Origin: Marinobacter sp.
GTDB lineage: Bacteria; Pseudomonadota; Gammaproteobacteria; Pseudomonadales; Oleiphilaceae
DNA: 64,000 nt
Assembly (NCBI GenBank): GCA_002718255.1
Contig: PBED01000028.1
Location: forward strand, 45,271 to 109,270
Reading direction: 5' to 3'
A program made the translations under genes and the position numbers. Below are positions 1 to 10,080 of the stretch, in pieces. The stretch's first letter is position 1; every line of letters begins with the position of its first letter. A model generated the notes under the pieces. It was given only the letters and a program-made list of their open reading frames with translations, was not told where the DNA came from and did no database searches.

Positions 1-1083
1 GCGTACCGGCTCGCTCAACGTTACCGACTGCCACTGGGGCGTTGATTGATCAAGGACCTGTCGAAAACGAATGGCAAAGCCCCGGCCAGCCCCTTCGTAA
101 CCATGAACCGTGGTGGCGAACGCCACTCTCGGCCAGCCGAGCAGAACCGATTTCAGCAGCGGCGCCGGAATCGCTGCTGCCTCATCCACCAGGACCACTT
201 CGGCTTCCGGCCGCAAAGCCAGCAAGTCACGCACCGGCATAAACCTCAGGCGGCCACCGGTTCGGGAGGCGAGTATCCCCGGGCTGGCTTCGGCCAATTC
301 GTCCCCGAGAGACTCACGGGCGTGGCGAAAGAGGGTCTCCACATTCTGCTCCGAGGGCGCGGTAACCACGATGTCCTGCCTGCCTTGGCGCAACAATTCG
401 GCTGCAGCCATGCCCATCGCCGCAGATTTGCCACGGCCCCGGTCCGCCGTCACTACCAGCGGCCGGCGCCGTCGGCCCAGGCCAAAACGGACGAGGCGCT
501 GAACCAATTGTTCCTGATCCCGGGTGGCGGCGATTCGAAAGCGTTTCTCAGGCAGGGGTGGAACCGGCGGCCGTGATTCCGGACGGTCGGGCGACACCCG
601 GATGACCGCATCATCGTCGGCAAGCAGGTCGGCCATGCGGGCAGCAAACGGATGGTTCGGACCATGCTCCAGACCGGTTCTCGAGTAATCGGGATCCGCA
701 AAGCGGGACCACTCTGCCAGCGGCGGCATCAGCCAGAACAGCAGGCCACCAGCGGTGAGCGCACCCGAGAGCGCGGCAAAGGCATCCGGAGGATTGCCGT
801 GCCAGCCATCCCAGACGATAAGCGAGACTTCACACCCGAGCCACTTTCGAGCCCCGGGAGGCGTGACCCGGGTCAGCCGGGTATCGGGGCTATGATCCGC
901 TGGTCCCGTCCATAGGCCGCTCTGTATTTCCAACCCGGGTAACAGACCGGAAAGCCACCTGAGGTTCTGTTCCCGATCACCCTCAAGCAGAACCAGTCGG
1001 CGTTCACCGTTGGCGGTGAGGCTGTCCTGCAGGGCACGCCATGCGGACGGATCCGCTTTGGCATCGGGTCCGGAATGGCTCAT
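1..1083 (-). CDS. tmcA: tRNA(Met) cytidine acetyltransferase TmcA, N-terminal part (runs off the left edge)
   Basis: Not in the ORF track because there is no stop in the window. Manual translation from ATG 1083 gives MSHSGPDAKADPSAWRALQDSLTANGERRLVLLEG...VDEAAAIPAPLL...FATTVHGYEGAGRGFAIRF...VTLSEPVR, the TmcA helicase-domain motifs. The ATG overlaps the upstream TGA (TGATG). Confidence 0.93.
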   Translation of the reverse strand, partial: MSHSGPDAKADPSAWRALQDSLTANGERRLVLLEGDREQNLRWLSGLLPGLEIQSGLWTGPADHSPDTRLTRVTPPGARKWLGCEVSLIVWDGWHGNPPDAFAALSGALTAGGLLFWLMPPLAEWSRFADPDYSRTGLEHGPNHPFAARMADLLADDDAVIRVSPDRPESRPPVPPLPEKRFRIAATRDQEQLVQRLVRFGLGRRRRPLVVTADRGRGKSAAMGMAAAELLRQGRQDIVVTAPSEQNVETLFRHARESLGDELAEASPGILASRTGGRLRFMPVRDLLALRPEAEVVLVDEAAAIPAPLLKSVLLGWPRVAFATTVHGYEGAGRGFAIRFRQVLDQSTPQWQSVTLSEPVR

Positions 1084-1460
1084 CAGCTAAGGTCGGCACC
1101 ATGAGACTTGAGGTCGTCCAGGGCGCATTTTTCAAGGGCAGCCCGATGGGTAGCCCGCAGTCGGACCCTGGGGGCACAGCCGGCTTCAAAGGCTTCCTGC
1201 CACCGGCCGGCACACAGGCACCAGCTATCGCCCGCTTTCAGGCCTTCGAAGCCGAATTCAGGCCTGGGGGTGCTGAGGTCGTTGCCTTGGGCTTTGGAGA
1301 ATTCGAGGAATTCGTCGGTTACCACGGCGCAGACGGCGTGCAGGCCAAAATCATCCGGGCCGACGTTGCAGCAGCCATCGCGGTAAAAGCCGGTGATCGG
1401 GTCTTTGCCGCAGGTTTCGAGTTTTTCGCCAAGTACGTTTACCGATTCGGACATTTCCAT
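1083..1460 (-). CDS. DUF2237 family protein
   Basis: NVLGEKLETCGKDPITGFYRDGCC...HAVCA...WCLCAGRW signature; start placed at ATG 1460. Confidence 0.88.
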   Translation of the reverse strand: MEMSESVNVLGEKLETCGKDPITGFYRDGCCNVGPDDFGLHAVCAVVTDEFLEFSKAQGNDLSTPRPEFGFEGLKAGDSWCLCAGRWQEAFEAGCAPRVRLRATHRAALEKCALDDLKSHGADLS

Positions 1461-1546
1461 GTTTAAGACCCTTTCGCTCTCATGTTTTGATCGCAATTAT
1501 GCGGGAGCGGTATCCGCTCTACCAGCAGGCCGTTACAATACCGGCC

Positions 1547-3820
1547 ATGCCGACCGAACCCCAAATTCCTGAGACCACCAACCTTCCGGATTTCCTCACC
1601 GATGAGCAGCGGGCGATTATCACCGCGGGCTATGAGCATTCGGTGATTACCGCCGTGGCTGGCAGTGGCAAGACGTCGACGCTGGCGTGGCGGATACGGT
1701 ATCTGCTTGAGCAGGGGCATGACCCGGACCGGATGCTGGTGTTGATGTTCAATCGCAGTGCCCGGGTGGATTTCGAGCGCAAGCTGCAGGAGGTGTGTGC
1801 TCAGAGTGGGCTGGCGTTGCCGGAGATCCGGACCTATCACGCCATGGGCTTGCGGCTGTACAAACGGTTTGTGCGGGAGGGCTATCTGCCGGGGTTTTCA
1901 GACAAGATTCTGACCGAGCAGGAGATCAGTTTTCAGGCCTGGCAGTTAACCCGGCGGCTGGCGCCGGAGGATCTGGCGGATGAGATACGGCGCAACAAGA
2001 AGGATTTTGTCGAGACGGCGACGGGGTTTATTGATCTGGTAAAGACAACGCTGTCACCGGCGGAGATCGTGTTTGAGGAGTTGGGGTATTCGGACAAGCA
2101 CAAGTACCTCATTGATCTGTTCCACAGCTTCGAGCAGTGGCGTAAAAGCCAGGGCCGGATCAGTTATGCCGACATGCTGTACGAGCCGGTGATGGCGATT
2201 CACCAGAATCCGCCGTTGCAGCGGCTGGTGGGCAACAAGATGGATCTGATTCTGGTGGATGAGTACCAGGACACCAATGAAATCCAGCACCTGCTGCTGC
2301 GCTACGTGGCTGGAGACCGGGCCCGGGTGACGGTTGTTGGCGACCCGGACCAGACGATCTACGAGTTCCGGGGCGCAAAGCCCGAGTTTATTCTCAAGCG
2401 GTTCAGCGATGAGTTCGAAAGCCCGCTGGAGCAGACGCTCAGCTATACCTTCCGGTACGGCCATCGCGTCGCTTTGCTCGCCAACCATCTGATCTGCCAC
2501 AACACCGGTCGCAAGGATGTGCTTTGCCATTCCCACGCTTCCACACCCGGCACGGAGATCACCCTGCATCGGTCGGAAAGCGATGCCGATGCCGTGCTTC
2601 AAATTCTTCAGGGCCAACCGGAACCGGCTCTGGCAGGCACGGCCATACTGTTCCGGGTCTGGAGTCAGAGTGTCCCTATCGAGCTGAAGTTGCTGGCTCG
2701 TCAGATTCCCTACCGGATTGATGCCGGCAAGGGCGCGCTGTTCAGCCGGGAAGTTCAGGCGATCACTGCCCTTCTGATGGTGGTGACCGGGAAACTGGAA
2801 AACCTGCCGGACGAGGATCGCCTGGAGCTGGCACGGCAGTTGTTGCGCTTTCCTCATGTGGGTCTGAAAGAGCCGGAGCTGGAGCAGTTGGCGCGTTTCC
2901 TGGCAGGATTTTCCAGTGGCTGGCACGAGCGTCTGCTGGCGATGGACTTCGACGCGCTGGCGCCCATGGCCGCCCGCAAGCTCCGGAAACTCGGCGAAGT
3001 GCTTGCCCAACTGCGCAGCTACGGAGGTCCGGTTGCAGGACTGATCAGCGTCTATGCCGAGCACACTGATCTTTACGAGGGCATCCGCAGCCTGGCGCTG
3101 ACGCATGAGAGTGCCGAGGAACGGATCGATACGATACAAGGATTCCGGCAGTACCTTAAAAGCCTTGATGTCACAGCTGAAGGCGCCTTGGAACACCTGA
3201 AAACCCTCAAACAACAGGCGGGAGAAAAACAGCAGGGTGGGGTGCTGCTCTCAACGATTCACCGCACCAAGGGTCTGGAATGGCCAACAGTTATCATTCC
3301 CGGACTACAGGAGAAATACCTGCCGTACAGCCCCCGCCCCCAGGACAATGCCAGAGCATTTCTGGAAAGCGAGCGACGGCTGCTGTATGTGGCCATGACA
3401 CGCACACGCCAGCAGCTGCACCTGATCACCCGACCGGCCAGCAAGCAACCGCACCTGGACGGCGATCTGGGCCCAAGCCGTTTCGTGGAAGAGTGCTGTT
3501 TTGAACTTGCCGAGGAGTTCGGTCGCTGGCTGGATGATCGATCTCCGGCAGAAACATCAACCATTCGGTTAACTGCCCCCCTGACACCGGTCAGCCAGCG
3601 TTACGCCGACCGGGAGAGCGTCACCCTTGAAGGCCAGGCGGCAACATTCGAAAACTCAACGGAACCACTCTGGCATCAAAAACGTCTTGGCCACGCGATC
3701 TTTGGTCCCGGCTCGGTGGTCGCCGAAGATGAGAATTCTTTCGAGGTACATTTCGACAACGGCGAGGTGCTTAACTTCAGTAAAAAAAGCGCGCATCTGT
3801 ATTTTTCCGCTCTGGCCTGA
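1547..3820 (+). CDS. ATP-dependent DNA helicase, UvrD/Rep (SF1) family
   Basis: AVAGSGKT (Walker A), LVDEYQD, VGDPDQTIYEFRGA, STIHRTKGLEW, ERRLLYVAMTR; start uncertain (1487-1547). Confidence 0.93.
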   Translation: MPTEPQIPETTNLPDFLTDEQRAIITAGYEHSVITAVAGSGKTSTLAWRIRYLLEQGHDPDRMLVLMFNRSARVDFERKLQEVCAQSGLALPEIRTYHAMGLRLYKRFVREGYLPGFSDKILTEQEISFQAWQLTRRLAPEDLADEIRRNKKDFVETATGFIDLVKTTLSPAEIVFEELGYSDKHKYLIDLFHSFEQWRKSQGRISYADMLYEPVMAIHQNPPLQRLVGNKMDLILVDEYQDTNEIQHLLLRYVAGDRARVTVVGDPDQTIYEFRGAKPEFILKRFSDEFESPLEQTLSYTFRYGHRVALLANHLICHNTGRKDVLCHSHASTPGTEITLHRSESDADAVLQILQGQPEPALAGTAILFRVWSQSVPIELKLLARQIPYRIDAGKGALFSREVQAITALLMVVTGKLENLPDEDRLELARQLLRFPHVGLKEPELEQLARFLAGFSSGWHERLLAMDFDALAPMAARKLRKLGEVLAQLRSYGGPVAGLISVYAEHTDLYEGIRSLALTHESAEERIDTIQGFRQYLKSLDVTAEGALEHLKTLKQQAGEKQQGGVLLSTIHRTKGLEWPTVIIPGLQEKYLPYSPRPQDNARAFLESERRLLYVAMTRTRQQLHLITRPASKQPHLDGDLGPSRFVEECCFELAEEFGRWLDDRSPAETSTIRLTAPLTPVSQRYADRESVTLEGQAATFENSTEPLWHQKRLGHAIFGPGSVVAEDENSFEVHFDNGEVLNFSKKSAHLYFSALA

Positions 3821-3980
3821 AACGACCTCGGGGTCGTAAAGGTCAGCTGGGTACAATTGCGGACGTAACAATCCGTATCATTTTTTTGTTTTTTTTGGCC
3901 TACTGGCCTAAATTCCGGGTATACAAGCACTTTTCATGTGGAAGTGCGGTACCACAACGATAACGAACAGGAGGTTCTGC

Positions 3981-5189
3981 ATGAACGTCATGCGTCCGAT
4001 TTCCGCGGCTGTACTGGCCGCTACCCTGGCAACCCCGGCCATGGCCGATCGTCAGGAAACCGTTTACATCAACCCGTTTGCAGGTTTTCAGCTGTTTGAC
4101 GACAAGCGCGATCTGAGCGAAACCGGCACCTTCGGCGTTGGTGTGGAATACCGCTTCCGTCCCCACTGGTCGGTGGAGGCGCTTTACTCACGTGCCGATG
4201 CAGACCGCAAATACGTGCCGGGCGAATCGGAATTTGATGAAGTTCGGGTTGACGGTACGTATTACTTTGCAGGGCCGGACGAAGCCTGGAACCCATACGT
4301 TTCTCTGGGCGCAGGCCATGCAGACTTTGGTTCGGACAACAGTGGCGTTCGCACCGCGGGCAGCAACCATGACGAAACCCGAGTGAACGTGGGTACCGGC
4401 TTCCGCTACAACATCAGCGACGCCGTATCACTGCGCGGTGACCTCCGTGAATTCCACGGCATTGATGAAAGCACCTTCGACACTCAGGTCTCTCTGGGCA
4501 TCAGTTTTGCGTTTACCCGCACCGTGGCGCAAGCAGCGCCGGCGCCTGTGCGCCCGGCAGATGCAGATGGTGATGGCGTGCCGGATTCGCGGGACCAGTG
4601 CCCCGGCACCCCGGCAGGCGCAACCGTTGACAGCAATGGCTGCGAGCCGGATTCGGATCGCGACGGCGTGGCCGACAGTCGTGACCAGTGCCCGGACACA
4701 CCGCGCGGTGCGGAAGTAAACAGCCGTGGATGTGAGCTGGACAGCGATAATGACGGCGTGGTCAACAGCCAGGATCTGTGCCCAAATACGACCGCAGGCG
4801 CAGAGGTTGATGAGACAGGTTGTGAAGGTGTAACCGAGACCATCGAAACCTTCACCATTGAAGTCCAGTTCCCGAGCAACAGTTCGGTCATCGGCAATGC
4901 CTACGATGCGGAGATCCGTCGCGTCGCTGACTTTATGCAGGAAAACCCCGAAACCATCGTGGAAATCGCCGGTCATACCGACAGCCGTGGCGCTGCCGAC
5001 TACAACCAGTTCCTGTCCCAGCGTCGCGCTGAAGCAGTTGCTGGCCGTCTGACCGGGCCTCTGGGTGTTGATCCGGCACGAGTGGAAGCCGTAGGTTACG
5101 GTGAGGAGCAGCCGATCGCATCCAACAACACAGCGGACGGCCGAGCTGCCAACCGCCGGGTTGAAGCGCGCATTCAGGTTCGCCGTTAA
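3981..5189 (+). CDS. OprF-like OmpA family outer membrane protein (beta-barrel, TSP3 repeats, OmpA_C)
   Basis: AGGAGG RBS, signal peptide, three DxDxDGV...D.CP.T repeats, GHTD...NQFLSQRRA...NRRVE. Confidence 0.92.
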   Translation: MNVMRPISAAVLAATLATPAMADRQETVYINPFAGFQLFDDKRDLSETGTFGVGVEYRFRPHWSVEALYSRADADRKYVPGESEFDEVRVDGTYYFAGPDEAWNPYVSLGAGHADFGSDNSGVRTAGSNHDETRVNVGTGFRYNISDAVSLRGDLREFHGIDESTFDTQVSLGISFAFTRTVAQAAPAPVRPADADGDGVPDSRDQCPGTPAGATVDSNGCEPDSDRDGVADSRDQCPDTPRGAEVNSRGCELDSDNDGVVNSQDLCPNTTAGAEVDETGCEGVTETIETFTIEVQFPSNSSVIGNAYDAEIRRVADFMQENPETIVEIAGHTDSRGAADYNQFLSQRRAEAVAGRLTGPLGVDPARVEAVGYGEEQPIASNNTADGRAANRRVEARIQVRR

Positions 5190-5214
5190 TTTAAGGTTTT
5201 ACCTGAGTGGTTTG

Positions 5215-5241
5215 AAAAGGCGCCTTCGGGCGCCTTTTTTT
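5215..5241 (+). terminator. Intrinsic terminator (probably bidirectional)
   Basis: AAAAGGCGCC-TTCG-GGCGCCTTTTTTT directly after the OmpA gene. Confidence 0.9.
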
Positions 5242-5266
5242 GTTTCTGCAAAAATGCGAGGAACCG

Positions 5267-5746
5267 ATGCTCAGAGCCATGGCACTGATCTTCACGCTCT
5301 CTGTTCTGGCAGTGCCGGCGCAGTCCCAGGTTTTTCGCTGCGAAAAAGACGGCAATACGGTGTTCTCGGACCAGCCCTGCGGCGAGGATGCTGAATCGCT
5401 TGAGCTACGGGATAACCGCATTGGCGGCAGTTTCAATCAGAACCTCCCGGTGCAGGAGTCCCCTGATCCAGAAGAGCAGACCGAAGAGTCAGAACAAGAA
5501 AAAGAGGCCGGCACATGCCGTTTTATCAACTCTACCGATTTGCGTCGTTATCTGGTTCGTGAGCAGGTGGTGCGAGGCATGACCCGTGACAACGTGCGCC
5601 GTGCTTTCGGCAACCCTCCTGAGACCTACACCAGCCCCCAGGAAGTCTGGATCTACCAGACCAGCTATTACGGCGCGCTCTATGAGCTGACCTATGTGTA
5701 TTTCAGGGATGGCTGTGTTGAACGGGTTGAGTACCGGAAACCCTGA
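5267..5746 (+). CDS. DUF4124-type exported protein with C-terminal SmpA/OmlA-like region
   Basis: Signal peptide, then QVFRCEKDGNTVFSDQPC; GMTRDNVRRAFGNP...WIY. Confidence 0.75.
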   Translation: MLRAMALIFTLSVLAVPAQSQVFRCEKDGNTVFSDQPCGEDAESLELRDNRIGGSFNQNLPVQESPDPEEQTEESEQEKEAGTCRFINSTDLRRYLVREQVVRGMTRDNVRRAFGNPPETYTSPQEVWIYQTSYYGALYELTYVYFRDGCVERVEYRKP

Positions 5747-6977
5747 CCGCATCAAGCAGCAGGTTGCGGGGTGTCAGTGAACGGTCGCAGAAATGCCCCA
5801 GCCTGACCCTGTACCCCTGTTCTTCCAGAAAAAGCGCGTAATCCAACACCATCCAGAGTTCCAGAGGGCGCCGGAACAGATGCCTGACCAGCTCATGGCG
5901 GCGAACCTCGGCCAGCCGTTGCACGCCAAACGCCTGCCAGTGATCAAAGTCCACCGTATCGAGTAATCGGAGCTGTTTTTTTGCCGCCGCCCAACGGCAA
6001 AAGGCGGGAAAGCCTTTGTTCAAAAGGCGGGGCGGATTCGAAGGAACCGGCAGATACTCATCACACCCACGAAGTTGCCGCTGCAGACCATCAAATCCCA
6101 GGCGCCACTGGCTGACAAGGCGGGTCTGTTCCCTCACCCGGGCCGGTGCCGTCACGGTTTCCTGAACCGCAAGCCGAAGATCGTTACGGCTCGGCTGCAG
6201 CGCTTTTGGGTGATCCGCCGCCCGCTGTGAAAGCGGCCGGTAGTGTTCCATCTCGGTGAGGTGGTAGCAGCAGGGCGAGACGCTCAATCTTGGCAACCCG
6301 GCTTCACTGCCTCGCTGCAGCAACTGCCGGTGCAGATCGCCACAAGCATGCAGTGCAACACCGTGGTGACGGCTGGGAAGCGACAAATCCTCTGCCATAA
6401 CATCCTGGCAGCGGATCGACACGGGATCTCCGAACTGTTGTGCCAGTCGGTTGCCATCGCGCACCAGCTCCGGATTCCACTCGAAACCCTGTATCTCACT
6501 GGGGCAAAACGGCGCCAGCGTCCTGGACAGATGGCCCTTACCACAACACCAGTCCAGGGCGGGGTGTTCCAGCGGTGTCAGTGCCGCCGTAAAGGCGCCC
6601 GACTGCAGGCGTTTCCGACCGGGCATATCCGTGGCCCGGATTTCCGGGAGAGTCGCCTCTGATGCCTTTTCGGGTGCCGGTAACAGCTCCGGCAGTTGAA
6701 CCATGTCGGCGTAACGGTCGAGGGACGGCAACCATGAGGCAACCCGAGCCGCCAACTCAACCGGGCTGCCATCCAGTTGCTGGCATTCCCCATCGGTTAG
6801 TTCCGCCAGCATGGTGCCCAGTTCCGGATAACGACGCGCCCAGGCAGGCTCCGGCGTCATGAACGGCGCCGGTTGCCAGAACTCGGAATGCTGTACCAGC
6901 CAGTCGTTCAGCTGCTGCCAATGCTGGTAAAAAGATTCCGCGCCGTGGTGTAAACTCGCCGCCGGAGGTAACGTCAT
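5703..6977 (-). CDS. SAM-dependent methyltransferase-domain protein
   Basis: LDWCCGKGHL, VALHACGDLH, SPCCYH, LTPRN motifs; start trimmed to ATG 6977 because the longer ORF is antisense to lasT. Confidence 0.82.
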   Translation of the reverse strand: MTLPPAASLHHGAESFYQHWQQLNDWLVQHSEFWQPAPFMTPEPAWARRYPELGTMLAELTDGECQQLDGSPVELAARVASWLPSLDRYADMVQLPELLPAPEKASEATLPEIRATDMPGRKRLQSGAFTAALTPLEHPALDWCCGKGHLSRTLAPFCPSEIQGFEWNPELVRDGNRLAQQFGDPVSIRCQDVMAEDLSLPSRHHGVALHACGDLHRQLLQRGSEAGLPRLSVSPCCYHLTEMEHYRPLSQRAADHPKALQPSRNDLRLAVQETVTAPARVREQTRLVSQWRLGFDGLQRQLRGCDEYLPVPSNPPRLLNKGFPAFCRWAAAKKQLRLLDTVDFDHWQAFGVQRLAEVRRHELVRHLFRRPLELWMVLDYALFLEEQGYRVRLGHFCDRSLTPRNLLLDAVRVSGTQPVQHSHP

Positions 6978-7704
6978 GCAACTGGCCTTTGTACTTGTTG
7001 AACCCAAGGTTCCGGAAAACGTCGGTGCAGCTGCCCGTGCGCTGTGCACCATGGGCTTCGGCGAACTGTGGTTGGTCAATTCCGATCTGCACACCCGCCC
7101 GGAAGCCCACTGGCTGGCCCATGGCAGCGACCATATCCTGGACAATGCGCGCATTTTCCCCGATCTGGCTGCGGTAAGAAACTCCGTAGACCTGCTGATG
7201 GGGACCTCCGCCAAGACCCGGCATCAGCGCCAGGATTGGCACGGCCCCTCAGATCTGCGGAAGGTTCTGGCCACGAAGGGTGCGTCCGTGGCAACCGCAG
7301 CACTGGTGTTTGGCCGGGAAGATCGCGGGCTGTCCAATGAAGAGCTGGCTCTCTGCGATCTGTTAACCGGCATCCCCATGAAGGTCACCTACCCCTCCCT
7401 GAACCTTGCCCAGTCGGTGATGCTCTATGCCTGGGAAATGTCCGGACTATCGGTCGCTACGGAGAGCCAGATTGAGCCCGCAGGTGAACATCGTCTTGGC
7501 GCGCTTCGTGGACGACTCGAAACCTTGCTACCGGAACTGGACACACCGCCTGAGGGAAAACTGTCCCAGTGGGTTTTCGAGCGTTTGCCCTTGTTGTCTG
7601 ATCGGGATATCGGGTTTGTTCATACGCTGTGTTCGAACATTGAGCGCGCTGTGGATTGCAGATCTCAGTCGCGCTCGAATTCCGAGGCGGAGCAGGACGG
7701 ATAG
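6976..7704 (+). CDS. lasT: SPOUT tRNA/rRNA methyltransferase, LasT/TrmJ family
   Basis: ENVGAAARALCTMGF, WLAHGS, VFGREDRGLSNEEL, YPSLNLAQSV; GGAGG RBS. Confidence 0.87.
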   Translation: MQLAFVLVEPKVPENVGAAARALCTMGFGELWLVNSDLHTRPEAHWLAHGSDHILDNARIFPDLAAVRNSVDLLMGTSAKTRHQRQDWHGPSDLRKVLATKGASVATAALVFGREDRGLSNEELALCDLLTGIPMKVTYPSLNLAQSVMLYAWEMSGLSVATESQIEPAGEHRLGALRGRLETLLPELDTPPEGKLSQWVFERLPLLSDRDIGFVHTLCSNIERAVDCRSQSRSNSEAEQDG

Positions 7705-7797
7705 CCCCTCCCGGGATACGCTGTGAATACGTCCATGTACGCTCGACGAAAACATCCATGTTTTCGACGATCCCGGGAGGGGCTATCCGCCCTGCTC
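7690..7797. repeat. Palindromic ~108-bp REP/MITE-like element, copy 1
   Basis: 28-bp arms 7690-7717 and 7770-7797 (one mismatch) around core ACGCTGTGAATACGTCCATGTACGCTCG...CATCCATG. Confidence 0.8.
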
Positions 7798-7829
7798 TCG
7801 GGCCTTTTGCGCGCACCGGGGTATTGAGC

Positions 7830-9101
7830 CTACTCCTGGAATCTTCCTGGGCGGAAGGCATCCAGGCAAACGGACGGCTCCTCGCCTTCGATTACCTGGG
7901 CGATGACATCGGCACTGCCCGCGGACAGGGTCCAGCCGAAGGTGCCGTGGCCAGTGTTGAGGTAGAGGTTGTCTCGGGGACCGCGGCCGATAATCGCAGG
8001 GCCATCCGGGGTCATGGGGCGGAAGCCGGTCCAGGTTTCCGCGGCGTCGAGATCGGCGCAGCCGGGGAACCGGGACTCCACCGATTTTCGGATCGTGGCC
8101 AGCCTCGCCTCCGGAATGTCTCTGTTGAAATCCGCTGGCTCGACAAACCCTGTGGCGCGTAATCGATTGCCCAGACGAGTAGAAACCACTTTGTAGTTGT
8201 CATCGTGAATGGTGGAAGCGGGGCCTCGTTCCGGGTCCTTCATGGGGACCGTCAGGCTGTAACCTTTTACCGGATAGATGGGCAGTTCGAGGCCCAGGGG
8301 CTGAACTAGGTGGTTGGACCAGCAGCCGGCGCTGATCACCACGGCATCCACTTCCAGGGCTTCCATGACTCCATCGCTGTTTCTGACTGAAATTGCGCTG
8401 ACCCTCTGGTCATCGGCAATCAGCTTTTCCGCTTCCACGTTGTAACGAACCACTATCCCCTTTGCCTCGCAGACTTTAGCGAGTTCCCGGGAAAATTTGT
8501 GGCAATCGCCGGTTCCGTCGGTGTCATAGCTCAGGGCGCCATAAAGCGGACCATTGCCAACCATGCCGGGCTCGGCGTCGCGCACCTGTTCGGGTGTGAG
8601 CAAACGGGAAGGGATGCCCAGTTCGTTCAGCAATTCATGGGTCGTCCGGTAGCCTTCCAGCGCTTCCGGTGTGCTCGCCAGGTGCAGCAGACCCTGGTGG
8701 TCGCCATCGAAGGACAGATCAAGCTCCTTCTCAAGCGCCATGAATCGCTCCCGGCTGTGGATACCGAGGCGCAACATGGCGCGGCGATTCAACCCGAACA
8801 GCCCTGGCGACCAGGCGTAACGGAGCGTGGCGAACATGAACTTGAGTGTTTCCACAGACGGCGGAAAGCGTAGCTTCAGGGGGCCATCCTGCTTGAGGAT
8901 CCAGGGGATGGCCTTGAATACAATCGCGGGATCGGCCCAGGGGTACACCACCCCATAGGATCGCTGGGCCGCGTTGGCCTTGCTGGTCTCGTTGCCGGCC
9001 ATTGAATGACGTTCCAGCACAGTCACCTGGTGGCCCCGGCGATTCAGTTCATAGGCGGTGGTCATTCCCACCACGCCGCCACCAACAACAGCAATGTGCA
9101 T
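7830..9101 (-). CDS. dadA: D-amino acid dehydrogenase
   Basis: VVGGGVVG FAD motif, ETSKANA, YPVKGYSLT, WTGFRPMTPDG, NTGHGTFGWT. Confidence 0.88.
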   Translation of the reverse strand: MHIAVVGGGVVGMTTAYELNRRGHQVTVLERHSMAGNETSKANAAQRSYGVVYPWADPAIVFKAIPWILKQDGPLKLRFPPSVETLKFMFATLRYAWSPGLFGLNRRAMLRLGIHSRERFMALEKELDLSFDGDHQGLLHLASTPEALEGYRTTHELLNELGIPSRLLTPEQVRDAEPGMVGNGPLYGALSYDTDGTGDCHKFSRELAKVCEAKGIVVRYNVEAEKLIADDQRVSAISVRNSDGVMEALEVDAVVISAGCWSNHLVQPLGLELPIYPVKGYSLTVPMKDPERGPASTIHDDNYKVVSTRLGNRLRATGFVEPADFNRDIPEARLATIRKSVESRFPGCADLDAAETWTGFRPMTPDGPAIIGRGPRDNLYLNTGHGTFGWTLSAGSADVIAQVIEGEEPSVCLDAFRPGRFQE

Positions 9102-9118
9102 GCATTCCTCCCTCATGT

Positions 9119-9952
9119 TTACTCCACGCCGGTCTTCGCCAGAAGACGCCGGTACTCTTTTAAAACGCTTTCATCTTCTTTCGGATATTCCGGCGCCAGT
9201 TTCTGCAATTGCTCAGCCAGTATGGCTGCGACAATCGGGCGCGCCTGGGGCTTCCGATCGCCCGGCACGATAAACCAGGGTGCCTGCTCTGTATGGGTCG
9301 CGGCAATGGCTTCCTCGGCAAACGCTTCGTACTCTTTGCGTTTTTCCCAGCCATCGATATCGGACCGATCAAACTTCCAGCGCTTGCGCGGCTTGTCCAG
9401 ACGCTTGAGAAGCCTCTGGCGATGCTCATCCTCAGACAGGTTGAGCCAGATCTTGATCACCGTGGTGCCCTCTTCCACCAGATGATTCTCGAAGTTCCGG
9501 ATGGAGCGGTAACGGTTTTGCCAGTTGTAGCTTTCAGGCGCGTGGACCGGCCAAACCCGCTCGGCGATCACCGCTTCATGATGGCTGCGGTTGAAAGCGA
9601 CCATCTGGCCAAATCCGGGCAGAAACGGCGTTACCCTCCAGAGAAAGTCATGGCGGGTTTCGGTCCCCCTCGGCCGGCTGAACGACCAGGCATGGAAACC
9701 AGCGGGGTCGGCGTAGGTTGCCAGAGTACGGATCAGGCTGTCTTTTCCACTGGTGTCCGGGCCGTGGGCAACCAATAGAACCGCCCTGGACTGGTTGGCC
9801 CAGAGCCGGCGCTGGTATTCACCGATCTGATCCAGACTGGCTTCCAACCCTGGCAGGGTGGTGTCATCGCCATCCAGAAAAGTCGGGTAATCCCGGAATC
9901 TGGGTTTTCCAGGGTCGTAGAGAAAAGAACTGGCAAACGCCGACAATTTCAT
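9119..9952 (-). CDS. Polyphosphate kinase 2 family protein
   Basis: GPDTSGKD Walker A, HDFLWR, FNRSHHE, KRWKF, APWFIVPGDRK. Confidence 0.88.
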   Translation of the reverse strand: MKLSAFASSFLYDPGKPRFRDYPTFLDGDDTTLPGLEASLDQIGEYQRRLWANQSRAVLLVAHGPDTSGKDSLIRTLATYADPAGFHAWSFSRPRGTETRHDFLWRVTPFLPGFGQMVAFNRSHHEAVIAERVWPVHAPESYNWQNRYRSIRNFENHLVEEGTTVIKIWLNLSEDEHRQRLLKRLDKPRKRWKFDRSDIDGWEKRKEYEAFAEEAIAATHTEQAPWFIVPGDRKPQARPIVAAILAEQLQKLAPEYPKEDESVLKEYRRLLAKTGVE

Positions 9953-10080
9953 CCAATGCTCCGTGCAAGTCCCTATGAATGTAATACAGGTCAACAATCG
10001 TACAAACTGGTAAACTTGTGAGCTTGAATTCACAGAATAGCAGCCTGGACGCAGGTTGCGATGGAGTGTAGTACCCGGCA

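Noticed and set aside
42-915. Several short + strand ORFs at the left end
   Set aside because: They are shadows of tmcA on the minus strand.
2054-3214. 386-aa minus-strand ORF
   Set aside because: Antisense to the UvrD-like helicase; no motifs.
4560-4830. Tandem repeats in the OmpA gene as a possible array
   Set aside because: In-frame TSP3 protein repeats; not CRISPR-like.
9119-9952. PPK2 as a catalytically dead variant
   Set aside because: The GxDxxGK and NRS motifs are retained.
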